A DNA stretch of 64,000 bases from an uncultured Solirubrobacterales bacterium (lineage in GTDB: Bacteria; Actinomycetota; Thermoleophilia; Solirubrobacterales; Solirubrobacteraceae): the NCBI GenBank assembly GCA_963808385.1, contig CAWEFQ010000008.1:16476-80475 (forward strand). Reading direction: 5' to 3'. The position numbers were made by a program, and so were the translations under genes. Of this stretch, positions 1-8,792 are shown one piece after another. The notes beneath the pieces are model-generated. The model made no database searches, was not told the origin of the DNA, and saw only the letters and a list, made by a program, of their open reading frames with translations. Each line of letters starts with the position of its first letter. Position 1 is the stretch's first letter.

Positions 1-273
1 ATGCGACGCGAGCCCTACCGCGAGCCAGGCAGACGGGCACGTAATGAGTACCGGCTGACCGAGAAGGGGCTCGAGCTCTTCCCCGCCCTGCTCGCGCTCC
101 TTCAGTGGGGCGACCGTTGGACGGCTGACCCGAGCGGCCCCGCTGTGAAGCTCACCCACCGCGACTGCGGCGCGCCCCTAACGATGATCATGGGCTGTGC
201 CCACGGGCACAGCCCGCTCACGGCGCGCGACGTCGAGGCCAGGCCCGGACCCGGAGCCCGGAGGGTCGCCTGA
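1..273 (+). CDS. HxlR-family winged-helix regulator, C-terminal part (5'-truncated by window edge)
   Basis: EYRLTEKGLELFPALLALLQWGDRW and H..CG..C motifs typical of HxlR proteins. Confidence 0.85.
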   Translation: MRREPYREPGRRARNEYRLTEKGLELFPALLALLQWGDRWTADPSGPAVKLTHRDCGAPLTMIMGCAHGHSPLTARDVEARPGPGARRVA

Positions 274-387
274 GACCAATCGCGTCGCCGCGAGGCCCAA
301 TGACACAGTCGGTGGAGTCCGGCGACTCGGCGGCAGCAGCGACCGATCGTGATCGGCCGCGCTGGCATCGTCGCCGATTGCTGGGGC

Positions 388-459
388 GACCGTAACGCGA
401 TTGCGGCCAGCGGGCTTTGCGGCGTAGAGCGCAGCGTCGGCGTGCAGGAGCAACTCCAT
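388..459 (-). pseudogene. GGDEF diguanylate cyclase C-terminal remnant
   Basis: LLHADAALYAAKPAGRNRV matches the GGDEF C-terminal motif (ADxALYxAKxxGRNRV); rest of the domain absent. Confidence 0.6.
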
Positions 460-570
460 CGCGCGCGAGCACAAGCCCGCAACGGACGGTGGGTGTCGCA
501 CAAACTCCCGGTCTGTTCGGCGCGGTGCGAGCGTCTCATCATGTCCACGCGTGGCTTGCGCTCAGGACGA

Positions 571-720
571 TTACCAGTCGCCAGCGGCGTCGAAGTCGCG
601 CGCCTGACGGGGCTCGGTCTCGAACGTCGCTTCGCGCTCGGCGATTCCGTCGTTGTAGATGCCTGCGATCACGCCGGCGTCGGGGGCCTGTGCGGCTCGC
701 ACGCGCGCGGTGCTCATCAT
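571..720 (-). pseudogene. N-terminal fragment of a phosphinothricin/arsinothricin-type GNAT acetyltransferase
   Basis: VRAA..DAGVIAGIYNDGIAEREATFETEPR, then a stop after about 49 aa. Confidence 0.65.
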
Positions 721-848
721 GCCCCGGATTCTCACCCAAACGGCGGGCGAGGCGAATGGACACATGGCCAAAGCGTGTTGACCGGCCCGCCGCGTCGAGA
801 ACATTGCGTCAGGGCGGGCTGAGGGATGCGTCTGCCAAGATCGAGCTG

Positions 849-1319
849 ATGGTGAGCGCGGGAGACGAGCTGGTCAACCCCGTCAGCGGCGAGCGGATCG
901 TGTTCCTGCAGACTGCAGCCGATACCGATGGGCGGCTGCTGGAGATGGACGATTTCTGGACGCGGCCCGGGCATCGCACGCCGGAGCACATCCATCCCGA
1001 GATGCAGGAGCGCTGGGAGGTCATCGCCGGCAGCGTGTGCTTTCGTATCGCTGGGGTCGAGCGGACCGCCGGCCCGGGCGAGGTCGTCGTCGCTGCGGCG
1101 GGCGTTCCCCACATGGCCTGGAATCCCGGCGCCGAACCCGTCCATCTGCGTATCCAGATGCGCCCGGCGCTGCGCTGGGAGCGGTTCATCGAGCGGTTGT
1201 TCAGGCTTGCACGCGACGGGCACACCGACGAGCGAGGGATGCCGGACCCGACGCTGATGATAGAGCTGCTGCCCGAGTTCCCCCGCGAGATCGCCTCGGC
1301 GCCGGCGAGCGGCCACTGA
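849..1319 (+). CDS. Cupin domain protein
   Basis: NPVSGERIVF, EHIHPEMQERWEV and GVPH cupin motifs; start moved to ATG 849. Confidence 0.85.
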   Translation: MVSAGDELVNPVSGERIVFLQTAADTDGRLLEMDDFWTRPGHRTPEHIHPEMQERWEVIAGSVCFRIAGVERTAGPGEVVVAAAGVPHMAWNPGAEPVHLRIQMRPALRWERFIERLFRLARDGHTDERGMPDPTLMIELLPEFPREIASAPASGH

Positions 1320-1334
1320 AGCGCCGCGAGCCCC

Positions 1335-1850
1335 TCAGCGCTGCTGCGCCCGCCTGCGGGTGGCGCGCAGGAGGGCGCGAACCACCAGTATGTGGCCACG
1401 GGTGCCGATGACGAGCCTGCGGTACACGCGGCCGCCGGCGCCCGGGAACGTCGCGCGGGTCTCTGCGCTGAGCGTCGTGTGACGCTCGCCCGCTACCAGA
1501 CGGAAGATGAGGGCGTAGGAGGAGAAGCGGTGGTGGCCTCCCAGCGCGAGTTCCTTGCCGGGCTCGGCACGGACGACGGTGAACCCGGGCAGGGTCGAGC
1601 CGGCGAGCAGAGGGTCTCCCGAGCGGATCGCCGGCTCAGCCTGCAGCAGCCGCGTACCAAGGCTGGGAACGCGCCATAAGCGCCCAATCACCTCCCCGAG
1701 CGTGTTCCACACCAGCATCGGATCATCCACCCGAATCGTGATTGTGTGCTCGTCGATGCGCGGCAGATCCTCGACGCCGACCCCTGCGTCGACATCGGCG
1801 CGTGGCCGCGCTTGCGCAGAGGCATCCGACGGGCGCTCGAATTCGCTCAT
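1335..1850 (-). CDS. Conserved hypothetical protein (possible SRPBCC-like fold)
   Basis: LPRIDEH...ELALGGHHRFSSY...AETRATFPG..GRVYRRLVIGTRGH; start overlaps the stop of the peroxiredoxin gene. Confidence 0.7.
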   Translation of the reverse strand: MSEFERPSDASAQARPRADVDAGVGVEDLPRIDEHTITIRVDDPMLVWNTLGEVIGRLWRVPSLGTRLLQAEPAIRSGDPLLAGSTLPGFTVVRAEPGKELALGGHHRFSSYALIFRLVAGERHTTLSAETRATFPGAGGRVYRRLVIGTRGHILVVRALLRATRRRAQQR

Positions 1851-2401
1851 CGCGAGGTCTCTTCGATCCAGGCAAGAACCTCCGAGGCGTTGCGCTCCGG
1901 CGGAAACACGGGGTAGAAGACCTTCTCGATGCGGCCCTCGCCCGCGATGAACGTCAGCCGCCGGTACAGGCGCATACCCGCGGCCTCAAAGGTCGGCAGA
2001 CCGAGCCGGTCCGCCAGCTGTAGGCCGCTGTCGCTGAGCAGCGGATATGGGATGTGCTCACGCTCGGCGAACTCCGACTGCTCACCTGGAGATTGTACGC
2101 TGATGCCGATCACCGACGCGCCGTAGGCAGCGAGATCCTGAACGTGGTCGCGGAAGGCGCAACTTTGCAGCGTGCAGCCGCGAGCACCCGGAATCCCGTC
2201 CCAGCCCTTGGGCGGCGGCTCACCCGGCCGACCCGTCCGCGGGTAGACATAGATCACCAACAGCGCACGGGCGGCCTCGGCAAGGTCGAGCTGATCGCCG
2301 AGCGTCGACGGCAACGACAAGCTGGGCACTTCGCTGTCGAGCAGATGATCGGCAGCTCCATCATCGACCGGCACAGGCAGGCTTCCGCTCGCTTCAGACA
2401 T
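1847..2401 (-). CDS. Peroxiredoxin (BCP/AhpC-TSA family)
   Basis: LPVPVDDGAADHL, YVYPRTG, IPGARGCT.QSC.FRD, KVFYPVFPP. Confidence 0.9.
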   Translation of the reverse strand: MSEASGSLPVPVDDGAADHLLDSEVPSLSLPSTLGDQLDLAEAARALLVIYVYPRTGRPGEPPPKGWDGIPGARGCTLQSCAFRDHVQDLAAYGASVIGISVQSPGEQSEFAEREHIPYPLLSDSGLQLADRLGLPTFEAAGMRLYRRLTFIAGEGRIEKVFYPVFPPERNASEVLAWIEETSR

Positions 2402-2849
2402 CTCTGGATCCCAGGCGAGGCCCCCGTGGCTGTTCGGACATGTCGACCGTGACCGCGCAGGTGACAGAGTTGGCGATGAAGCACGCCTCGTGCGCTCGAT
2501 GATGAAGCCGGTCGAGGACGTCTCGGGGTACATCTGACGCAAACGTCACGCGGGGACGGAGCGCCACGTCGAGGAAGCGCACGCCGTCCATCGTCCCCTC
2601 CGGGTGATCCTCGTAGGAGAGGACGCGCAGATGCTCGCGCCGGGCGAAGTCCAGAAACCACAGCATGTGACAGGCCGACAGCGCCGCGACAAACAACTCC
2701 TCCGGATCGGCCCTCTCAGAATCGCCACCAAAGGCGGGCATGCAAGACCCCGCGAGCGTCTGGCCGGCGAGCTGGATCGTGTGGGCGCGCAGATCGCTCT
2801 TGTTGCCGTCCCAAACGACCCTCGCGTGATGCTTCGTCGTCTCGCTCAT
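2394..2849 (-). CDS. OsmC-family protein
   Basis: DPEELFVAALSACHMLWFL and AHEACFIANSV, the two catalytic Cys motifs. Confidence 0.92.
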   Translation of the reverse strand: MSETTKHHARVVWDGNKSDLRAHTIQLAGQTLAGSCMPAFGGDSERADPEELFVAALSACHMLWFLDFARREHLRVLSYEDHPEGTMDGVRFLDVALRPRVTFASDVPRDVLDRLHHRAHEACFIANSVTCAVTVDMSEQPRGPRLGSRDV

Positions 2850-3062
2850 CAAATGCGACGCCCTGACCTGTCATCCATGGAGATGACCGCCAATCCTACT
2901 TCGCCAAGCTCACCTGATCCTGAAACGACCGTTCATGCCACGACTGGTCACGCACCGCGCCGACGACATCCTCGACGCCGCGACGCACGAGCTGCGCCGC
3001 TGGGCCAGGTGCTGGACACCCACCGGGTCGGCCGACCCACGCCGGAGCGCTTGCCTTGAGGC

Positions 3063-3091
3063 TTGCACTTGCGGTTTACTTGCGGTATGGT
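3063..3091 (+). promoter_or_regulatory. sigma70-type promoter of the TA operon with an ACTTGCGG direct repeat; probably leaderless
   Basis: TTGCAC-N17-TATGGT; in-frame GTG at 3098; ACTTGCGG at 3067 and 3078. Confidence 0.6.
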
Positions 3092-3097
3092 GGTGTC

Positions 3098-3937
3098 GTG
3101 TCTGTCAAGGATCTCAATGTCCCGGAGATGCTGTTCTACGCGCCTTTTGATCAGCCGTTGCGCGAGCTGCTCAAGGACATCGGCGGCAGCCAGGTCAACG
3201 AGCTTGGCCGCGCCGCCGAGGAGGCGCTGCACGGCGATCCACGCGCCGCGACGGTGTATGTCCGCACCTATCAGCGGCTGACGCGCACGCTGCTCAGCGC
3301 GGCGGCCGAAAGCCGCCCGGATGCTTTCACGATCGGCGCAGCGGGCCACGTCGAACTGCAAGACCGCTCCGGCGTGCGTGCGGGCTGGATCGAGGCGGCG
3401 CTGGACGAGAGCGCGGCCGAGGCTCCGTTCTCGCGCTGGGCGGCGCTGCTCGGCATGCGCGAAGGCGTGGCGATGTACGCGCTCGCCTCGCTGCGCGCGC
3501 TGGTACCCGACTCCTACCCGCTCGACCCGCCCGCCACGAATGGCGTACTTGCGATCTCCAACCTCGATGCGCGCCGCTTCCTACGTGGCGTGCGCCGCTA
3601 CCTCAACAACGCCGACGAGCCCCCGCTTGAGCGCATCCAGGAGATCTTCGCGCTCAACTACACCGAGCTCGGCAGCCTGTTCGGCGTCACGCGCCAGGGC
3701 GTCAAGGACTGGATCGAGCGCGGTGTTCCCACCGGGCGCCAGGAGAAGGTCGCCACCGTCGCCACGATCGCCGACCTGCTCGAGCGCAAGCTCAAGCCCG
3801 AGCGGATCGGGGACATCGCGCGCCGACCCGCGGACGCCTACGGCGGCCTGACGATGCTGGACCTCATCCGCCGGGACCGCCACCGCGAGCTGCTCGGCAT
3901 CACGCGGCGCTCGTTCGACTGGGCGACCGCCGCCTGA
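3098..3937 (+). CDS. Xre-HTH/MbcA-ParS-like antitoxin with a long N-terminal extension
   Basis: HTH (LNYTELGSLFGVTRQGVKDW) plus MbcA-like tail (RRPADAYGGLTMLDLI); directly upstream of the RES gene. Confidence 0.75.
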   Translation: MSVKDLNVPEMLFYAPFDQPLRELLKDIGGSQVNELGRAAEEALHGDPRAATVYVRTYQRLTRTLLSAAAESRPDAFTIGAAGHVELQDRSGVRAGWIEAALDESAAEAPFSRWAALLGMREGVAMYALASLRALVPDSYPLDPPATNGVLAISNLDARRFLRGVRRYLNNADEPPLERIQEIFALNYTELGSLFGVTRQGVKDWIERGVPTGRQEKVATVATIADLLERKLKPERIGDIARRPADAYGGLTMLDLIRRDRHRELLGITRRSFDWATAA

Positions 3938-3939
3938 TA

Positions 3940-4530
3940 GTGGCCACCCGCCGGGTCCCGCTCCACCACGGCAGCACCGTGCGCCGCGCCGGCCGCTGGT
4001 ACCGGCTCGCCGAGCCCGACTGGTCAGACCCGCTCGACAGCGGCTACAGCAAGGCCGGCGGTGGCCGCTGGAACGCCCCCGGCGCGTTTCCAGTGCTCTA
4101 CCTCAACGACACCGCCGCCACCGCGCGCCTCCAAGTGCTGCACAAGCTCGCCGGACTCCCCTACGCGCCAGAAGACCTCAACCCCGACGAACAGCACGAC
4201 CTCGTCAGCGTCGACGTGCCCGACAACGCCTACCTGGACTGCATCTCAGACAGCGGACTCACCCTCCTCGGTCTGCCGGCCTCCTACCCGCGCCATGCCA
4301 ACGGCCGACCAGTCAGCCACGCGACCTGCCGGCCCGTCGGCCAACAGGCCTGGGACGACGGGCTGCCCGGCATCGCCTGCCGCTCAGTCGCCGGCGGCGC
4401 GACCAGGACCAACGAGGAGCTCGCATTCTTCGACCGCGCACACCAACCGCACCCAACCGCTACCGCCCGCGCCCCGTTCGCCGACTGGTGGTGGGACACC
4501 CGAACAGAAGACCGCAGCGCAAACGCCTGA
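3940..4530 (+). CDS. RES-domain toxin
   Basis: GGGRWNAPGAFPVLYL and GIACRS motifs; starts 2 nt after the antitoxin stop. Confidence 0.85.
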   Translation: MATRRVPLHHGSTVRRAGRWYRLAEPDWSDPLDSGYSKAGGGRWNAPGAFPVLYLNDTAATARLQVLHKLAGLPYAPEDLNPDEQHDLVSVDVPDNAYLDCISDSGLTLLGLPASYPRHANGRPVSHATCRPVGQQAWDDGLPGIACRSVAGGATRTNEELAFFDRAHQPHPTATARAPFADWWWDTRTEDRSANA

Positions 4531-4567
4531 CGGCGAGGTCTCGAACCCCGGCTGTTGTCGCCTCGCT

Positions 4568-4634
4568 GTCTCACTTGAATGAGACGCCAACGGTCTCATT
4601 TGGATGAGACTGGCCTGTCTCACATCGGTGAGAC
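4568..4634. repeat. Three tandem palindromes GTCTCA-N6-TGAGAC
   Basis: Units at 4568-4585, 4593-4610 and 4617-4634, all with perfect 6-bp arms. Confidence 0.9.
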
Positions 4635-4881
4635 GCCGCATAGACACGATCAAGGTGCCGTCGGACACCAGGCGTGAGCGGGCGCTACGGGGCTTCAATC
4701 GCTGCGCCCGACCAGCACCACCACACGCGCGACGGACCCGAGCATCGACAGCGCTCCGCTCGTTCCGGGCTCTCCGTCAGCCGGGACGCCGCGCGACCGC
4801 CTCATCTCTCCATATTCAGGCTGGGATACCCGCTCGAACCCTGCACCCCGCAGAGCCGGCGGCCGGCGGGCTCCGCGGTTA

Positions 4882-5073
4882 GGGCCCGTGAATCAATATC
4901 TGACGGTCCGGATGCACTCGTCTGGCGGCGCCCGCCGCCACCCACGATGCTTGACGTACTACCGGTACGCCTACCGATCGGAGATCGACAGCGATCTCCG
5001 ATCGGCCAGCGTGCGGCGTCTGGCATCCATCATCCGAGCACCCCGATCCCGCCATCTATTGATTCGCGGGCCC
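4882..5073. mobile_element. MITE-like non-autonomous element (IS5/PIF-Harbinger-like ends)
   Basis: 17-bp terminal inverted repeats GGGCCCG(T/C)GAATCAATA (1 mismatch); TTA on both sides (4879-4881, 5074-5076); internal hairpin; no transposase. Confidence 0.75.
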
Positions 5074-5112
5074 TTAGCGTTACAGTCGTCTGGTCAACCC
5101 AAAGGAGGAACG

Positions 5113-5394
5113 ATGGCTGTAGGAATCCGCCTCAAGCTCACCGGCGTCACGGCCGAGCAGATGGACCAAATCAATGCATCGATCGACCCGCACGGCAATC
5201 CACCGGATGGGCTCATCTTTCACGCGTCCGGTCCGGTGGACGGCGGTTGGGGCGCGCTCGACTTCTGGGAGTCGCGCGAGCACTTCGACCGGTTCGCGAC
5301 AAAACGCATCGGACCCGCGGTCGCCACCATCGGAGGGGCCGCGGGCGCACCGGACATTCACGAGTTTCCCGTCCACGAGTACTTCCCTCGCTAG
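5113..5394 (+). CDS. Small conserved protein (possible ABM-like dimeric alpha-beta barrel)
   Basis: Strong SD AAAGGAGG; PPDGLIFHASG..DGGW..DFWESREHFDRF. Confidence 0.85.
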   Translation: MAVGIRLKLTGVTAEQMDQINASIDPHGNPPDGLIFHASGPVDGGWGALDFWESREHFDRFATKRIGPAVATIGGAAGAPDIHEFPVHEYFPR

Positions 5395-5455
5395 CTCCCG
5401 ACTGACACCGACGATACCTACACCCGAGCCTCCGGACGCCCGCGAGGAGCTCGCC

Positions 5456-5698
5456 TCAGGTGCCCGATGCCAGCAGGAACAGGTCGAAGACGGCCAGGGC
5501 GGTGCAGGCGAGGGTCAGCACCAGCACGATCATGGCGTGCGCCCGCTCGCTGCGCTCTCGGATTGCAGTCTTGGACGCCGGAGGCGGCAGGTAGGCCGGC
5601 CTGTCGGGGCGAATCCATTTGACGTCTGGCCCCGCGCCGCTCGCGGACACGAACCCCACGCGGCTGGACGGTCCCGCGCTCAGATCAAAGGGGCTCAT
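5456..5698 (-). CDS. Small membrane protein with a C-terminal TM helix
   Basis: Hydrophobic tail MIVLVLTLACTALAVFDLFLL; start overlaps the end of the upstream gene. Confidence 0.55.
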   Translation of the reverse strand: MSPFDLSAGPSSRVGFVSASGAGPDVKWIRPDRPAYLPPPASKTAIRERSERAHAMIVLVLTLACTALAVFDLFLLASGT

Positions 5699-6770
5699 AT
5701 CCGGAACCTGGTCCGTCCCCGCCCCCAGCTCCACCCAGAGCCGCGTGCGTGAGTCGCTGCATCAGCCCGGCATTCGAGTCGTCGCGGCTGGGCGCGAGCA
5801 GCTCGAGCACCATCAGCCCCTGACGTGCGAGCACCAGCGCGATCAGCGCGAACGCCATCAGCCAGGCCGCGCGGTCGAGGTGATGGCCGAGCCTGATCTG
5901 CACGGCGGCGACGCTCAGCGCGAGCAGCACCGGCAGCAGCGGAGATATGAGCGACGCCAGCGACGGCCTCGAGTACCCGGCCGCCGCCGGCTCCACGGCG
6001 CCGCTGGGCCGCGAGCCGAACGCGGCCAGCGCGATCCCGAGATACGCCGCGATCCAACCGGTGTCGATCAGGCCCGGGCTCGTGTATGTGGTCACGTCGG
6101 TGAGGTAGGCGAACGTGCTGTCCGACAGCGCCATCACCAGCAGGGCGCCCAGCAGGCACCACAGCGACAGGCGGTCCCCACCGGTCATCCCGCGGATCGC
6201 CAGCACGATGAAGAACACGATCACCACATCGCCGAACGGATAGGCCAGCGTCACCACGCCCGTCCACGTGCTGAGGTCGGCGCTGCGCCACACCGGGCCG
6301 AGCACGAGCGTCCAGCTGAGAAACATCAGCGCGGTGGCGATCACCAGCCCGTCGAGGACCGAACGCGCCTTGCGCGTCCCGCTGCCCCGCGTCGCCGGAT
6401 GCACGACCAGCGCCGCGATCGCGAGCGGGATCGCCGAGAGATAGCCGACGTCCGCCCACGAGGGCACCGGCACTTCCACGTCGAGTATCAGCGCGTAGTA
6501 GCCCCAGATAACCTCGGCCAACGTCCAGGACGCCATCGCGCAGCCCAGCAGCGTCCAGAACAAACGCATCCGCCCAACATGGCGAGCACGGGCGCGAAAG
6601 CACAGCACACACGCGACCAGCGCCGCCAGCGGAGTGAGCCCATCGTCGACCCAAAGCGTCACCCACCCGCCGCCGATGCGCAGTCCGATCCAGACCCCGG
6701 CCACGACGGTCGCGAACACGACGACACCAACCGCTCCGAGAAAGCGCCGGCTGGGTAGAGCCTGTTCCAT
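5685..6770 (-). CDS. Polytopic membrane protein resembling the sensor region of actinobacterial GGDEF/EAL proteins, without a catalytic domain
   Basis: About 10 TM helices; PVPSWADVGYL, LDGLVIA, LAYPFGDV motifs. Confidence 0.75.
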   Translation of the reverse strand: MEQALPSRRFLGAVGVVVFATVVAGVWIGLRIGGGWVTLWVDDGLTPLAALVACVLCFRARARHVGRMRLFWTLLGCAMASWTLAEVIWGYYALILDVEVPVPSWADVGYLSAIPLAIAALVVHPATRGSGTRKARSVLDGLVIATALMFLSWTLVLGPVWRSADLSTWTGVVTLAYPFGDVVIVFFIVLAIRGMTGGDRLSLWCLLGALLVMALSDSTFAYLTDVTTYTSPGLIDTGWIAAYLGIALAAFGSRPSGAVEPAAAGYSRPSLASLISPLLPVLLALSVAAVQIRLGHHLDRAAWLMAFALIALVLARQGLMVLELLAPSRDDSNAGLMQRLTHAALGGAGGGDGPGSGYEPL

Positions 6771-6974
6771 TAGCTAGATATCGACCGAGGCAGCAAATCC
6801 TTGACTCCTGGTGTGAATGACCTTGCGAGTCACAGAGCGGTCGGCAGAGACTCTGAGTGTTGCTGTCTCGACCCATGGCTTGGGAAACGGTTCTTGAGCC
6901 ATCCTGCGGCGTTACGCGCTACTGAACGTCGGTCGGGTAGCAGATAGTAGTACTATGTGCTAGCCTAACGTCGT

Positions 6975-8129
6975 ATGGTACAGCGAGAATTCTGGCTGGA
7001 CCGCGTGCAGCGCGCGTGGCGCGCACGCTCGGTGGTCTGGCTTGCGGGCGTGCGGCGGGCGGGCAAGACGTGTCTGTGCCGGAGCCTCGACGACATCGAG
7101 TACTTCGACTGCGAGCTGCCGCGAACGAGGCGGCAGATGGACGATCCAGAGGGGTTTCTCGGCGAGTTGAGAGGACGTCGTATCGTCCTCGACGAGGTGC
7201 ACCGCCTCGCCAACCCATCCGAGCTCTTGAAGATCGCCGCCGATCACTATCCCGACGTGCAGATCCTCGCCACCGGCTCCTCCACGCTCGAGGCCACGGC
7301 GAAGTTCCGGGACACGCTCACCGGCCGCAAGGAGACCGTGTGGCTGACCCCGATGCTGCTTGCCGACGTCGAGGAGTTCGGCGGCAACGGCCTGGAGCGC
7401 CGTTTTTTGCACGGCGGACTGCCGCCGTTCTACCTAGCGGAGGAGCCGCCCGCGCGCGAGTTCCAGGAGTGGATGGACGCCTACTGGGCCAAGGACGTCC
7501 AGGAGCTCTTCCGCCTGGAGCGCCGCTCCTCATTTCAGCGCTTCACCGAGCTGCTGTTCACTCAAAGCGGAGGTATGTTCGAGGCCACTCGTTTCGCCGC
7601 CCCGTGCGAGGTCTCGCGTCAGACGATCGCCAACTACCTGACGGCGCTGCAGGCAACGTTCGTGGCTCATGTCGTGCGCCCCTACAGCACCCACCGCCCG
7701 ACCGAGATCGTCGCGGCGCCAAAGGTGTACGGGTTCGACACCGGTTTCGTCTGCTACCACCGCGGCATCGCCACGCTGCGCCCGGAAGACATGGGCCTAC
7801 TGTGGGAGCACGTCGTCCTGAACGAGATCCACGGCCGCCTGCAGCACCGCGCACTCCGCTACTGGCGCAACAAGCGCGGAGCCGAGATCGACTTCGTGCT
7901 GCCATTGCGCGGCCGGCACGAGCCGATCGCGCTGGAGTGCAAGTGGCAGGCCGCGTCGTTCGATCCCTCCGCGCTGCTCGCATTCCGTCGCAACTACCCG
8001 CAAGGAGAGAACTACGTGGTCGCGCCAGATGTGGAGCGCGCATACACACGCACCTACACGGGCATGCGCGTGCGCTTCGTCTCCCTCGATCACCTCACCG
8101 CCCGCCTCGCACACGAGCCCCTGGCCTGA
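6975..8129 (+). CDS. AAA_14 ATPase with DUF4143 domain
   Basis: Walker A GVRRAGKT, Walker B VLDEVH, ATGSS, GGLP, PKVY.FDTG, EIDFV...LECK. Confidence 0.92.
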   Translation: MVQREFWLDRVQRAWRARSVVWLAGVRRAGKTCLCRSLDDIEYFDCELPRTRRQMDDPEGFLGELRGRRIVLDEVHRLANPSELLKIAADHYPDVQILATGSSTLEATAKFRDTLTGRKETVWLTPMLLADVEEFGGNGLERRFLHGGLPPFYLAEEPPAREFQEWMDAYWAKDVQELFRLERRSSFQRFTELLFTQSGGMFEATRFAAPCEVSRQTIANYLTALQATFVAHVVRPYSTHRPTEIVAAPKVYGFDTGFVCYHRGIATLRPEDMGLLWEHVVLNEIHGRLQHRALRYWRNKRGAEIDFVLPLRGRHEPIALECKWQAASFDPSALLAFRRNYPQGENYVVAPDVERAYTRTYTGMRVRFVSLDHLTARLAHEPLA

Positions 8130-8379
8130 GGCCGCCGTCCGATCTTTATCTCTGGTCCTCTTTCTGGTCTCTGTTCAGATCCGTCTTGTTGGTATGCATC
8201 GCGCTGGCCCGACTACGGCATCGAACGTAGCAGTGTGGTCGATGTGCTCGTGGGTCACCAGCAACAGATGCCGTCAATGCCGGCCCGCTCACGATGTTCG
8301 AGTGTTGTGATGAGGGACGTGAGATAACACGCACGTTCACGCGCTCGAGGTGGCCTCCAACATTCCCGGGGCGGTTCAA

Positions 8380-8610
8380 CAAAGGCAACAAAGGGTCCAG
8401 CGGCTCCAACAACAACCAGGGCTCCAACCCCGGTGACAAAGGCAAAGGCAAAGGCAGCCATCCTGGCCAGTCGCACAAGTGCACGCACCACAACGTGGCC
8501 TACATCGTGTCGGGGACGCTCATCAACCAGACCCTGAGCAAGAACGCCGACGGAACCTGCAGCGGCACGCTGGAAGTAGAAGTCACGCACACCAACAGTC
8601 ACGCGGTCTC
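8380..8610 (+). pseudogene. Fragment of a secreted low-complexity protein
   Basis: G/N/K-rich stretch then SHKCTHHNVAYIVSGTL...GTLEVEVTHTNSHA; no credible start or end. Confidence 0.4.
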
Positions 8611-8792
8611 TGCCGCGCAGCCGGCAGTGCGGGGTCTGTTATGCGGTTTAGCGCCTCCCGGTCTTGGAGCCGCACTCTCCGGTTTGCCCCTGAACATCGT
8701 CAACCCAGCGTCGGCCGATAGCTCCATGTTCTGGCCGCGCAGAGTCTCGCGCGTGAAGGGTTTATCTCATAAGTTTGTAAGCTTTGGGATCT

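Noticed and set aside
4568-4634. Triple palindrome as a CRISPR array
   Set aside because: Units are 18 bp with variable centres and 6-7 nt gaps, far shorter than spacers; no cas genes
4878-5078. Hairpin element as an integron attC site
   Set aside because: The GTTAGGG-like box comes before rather than after its complement, and there is no integrase; TIRs plus TTA duplication fit better
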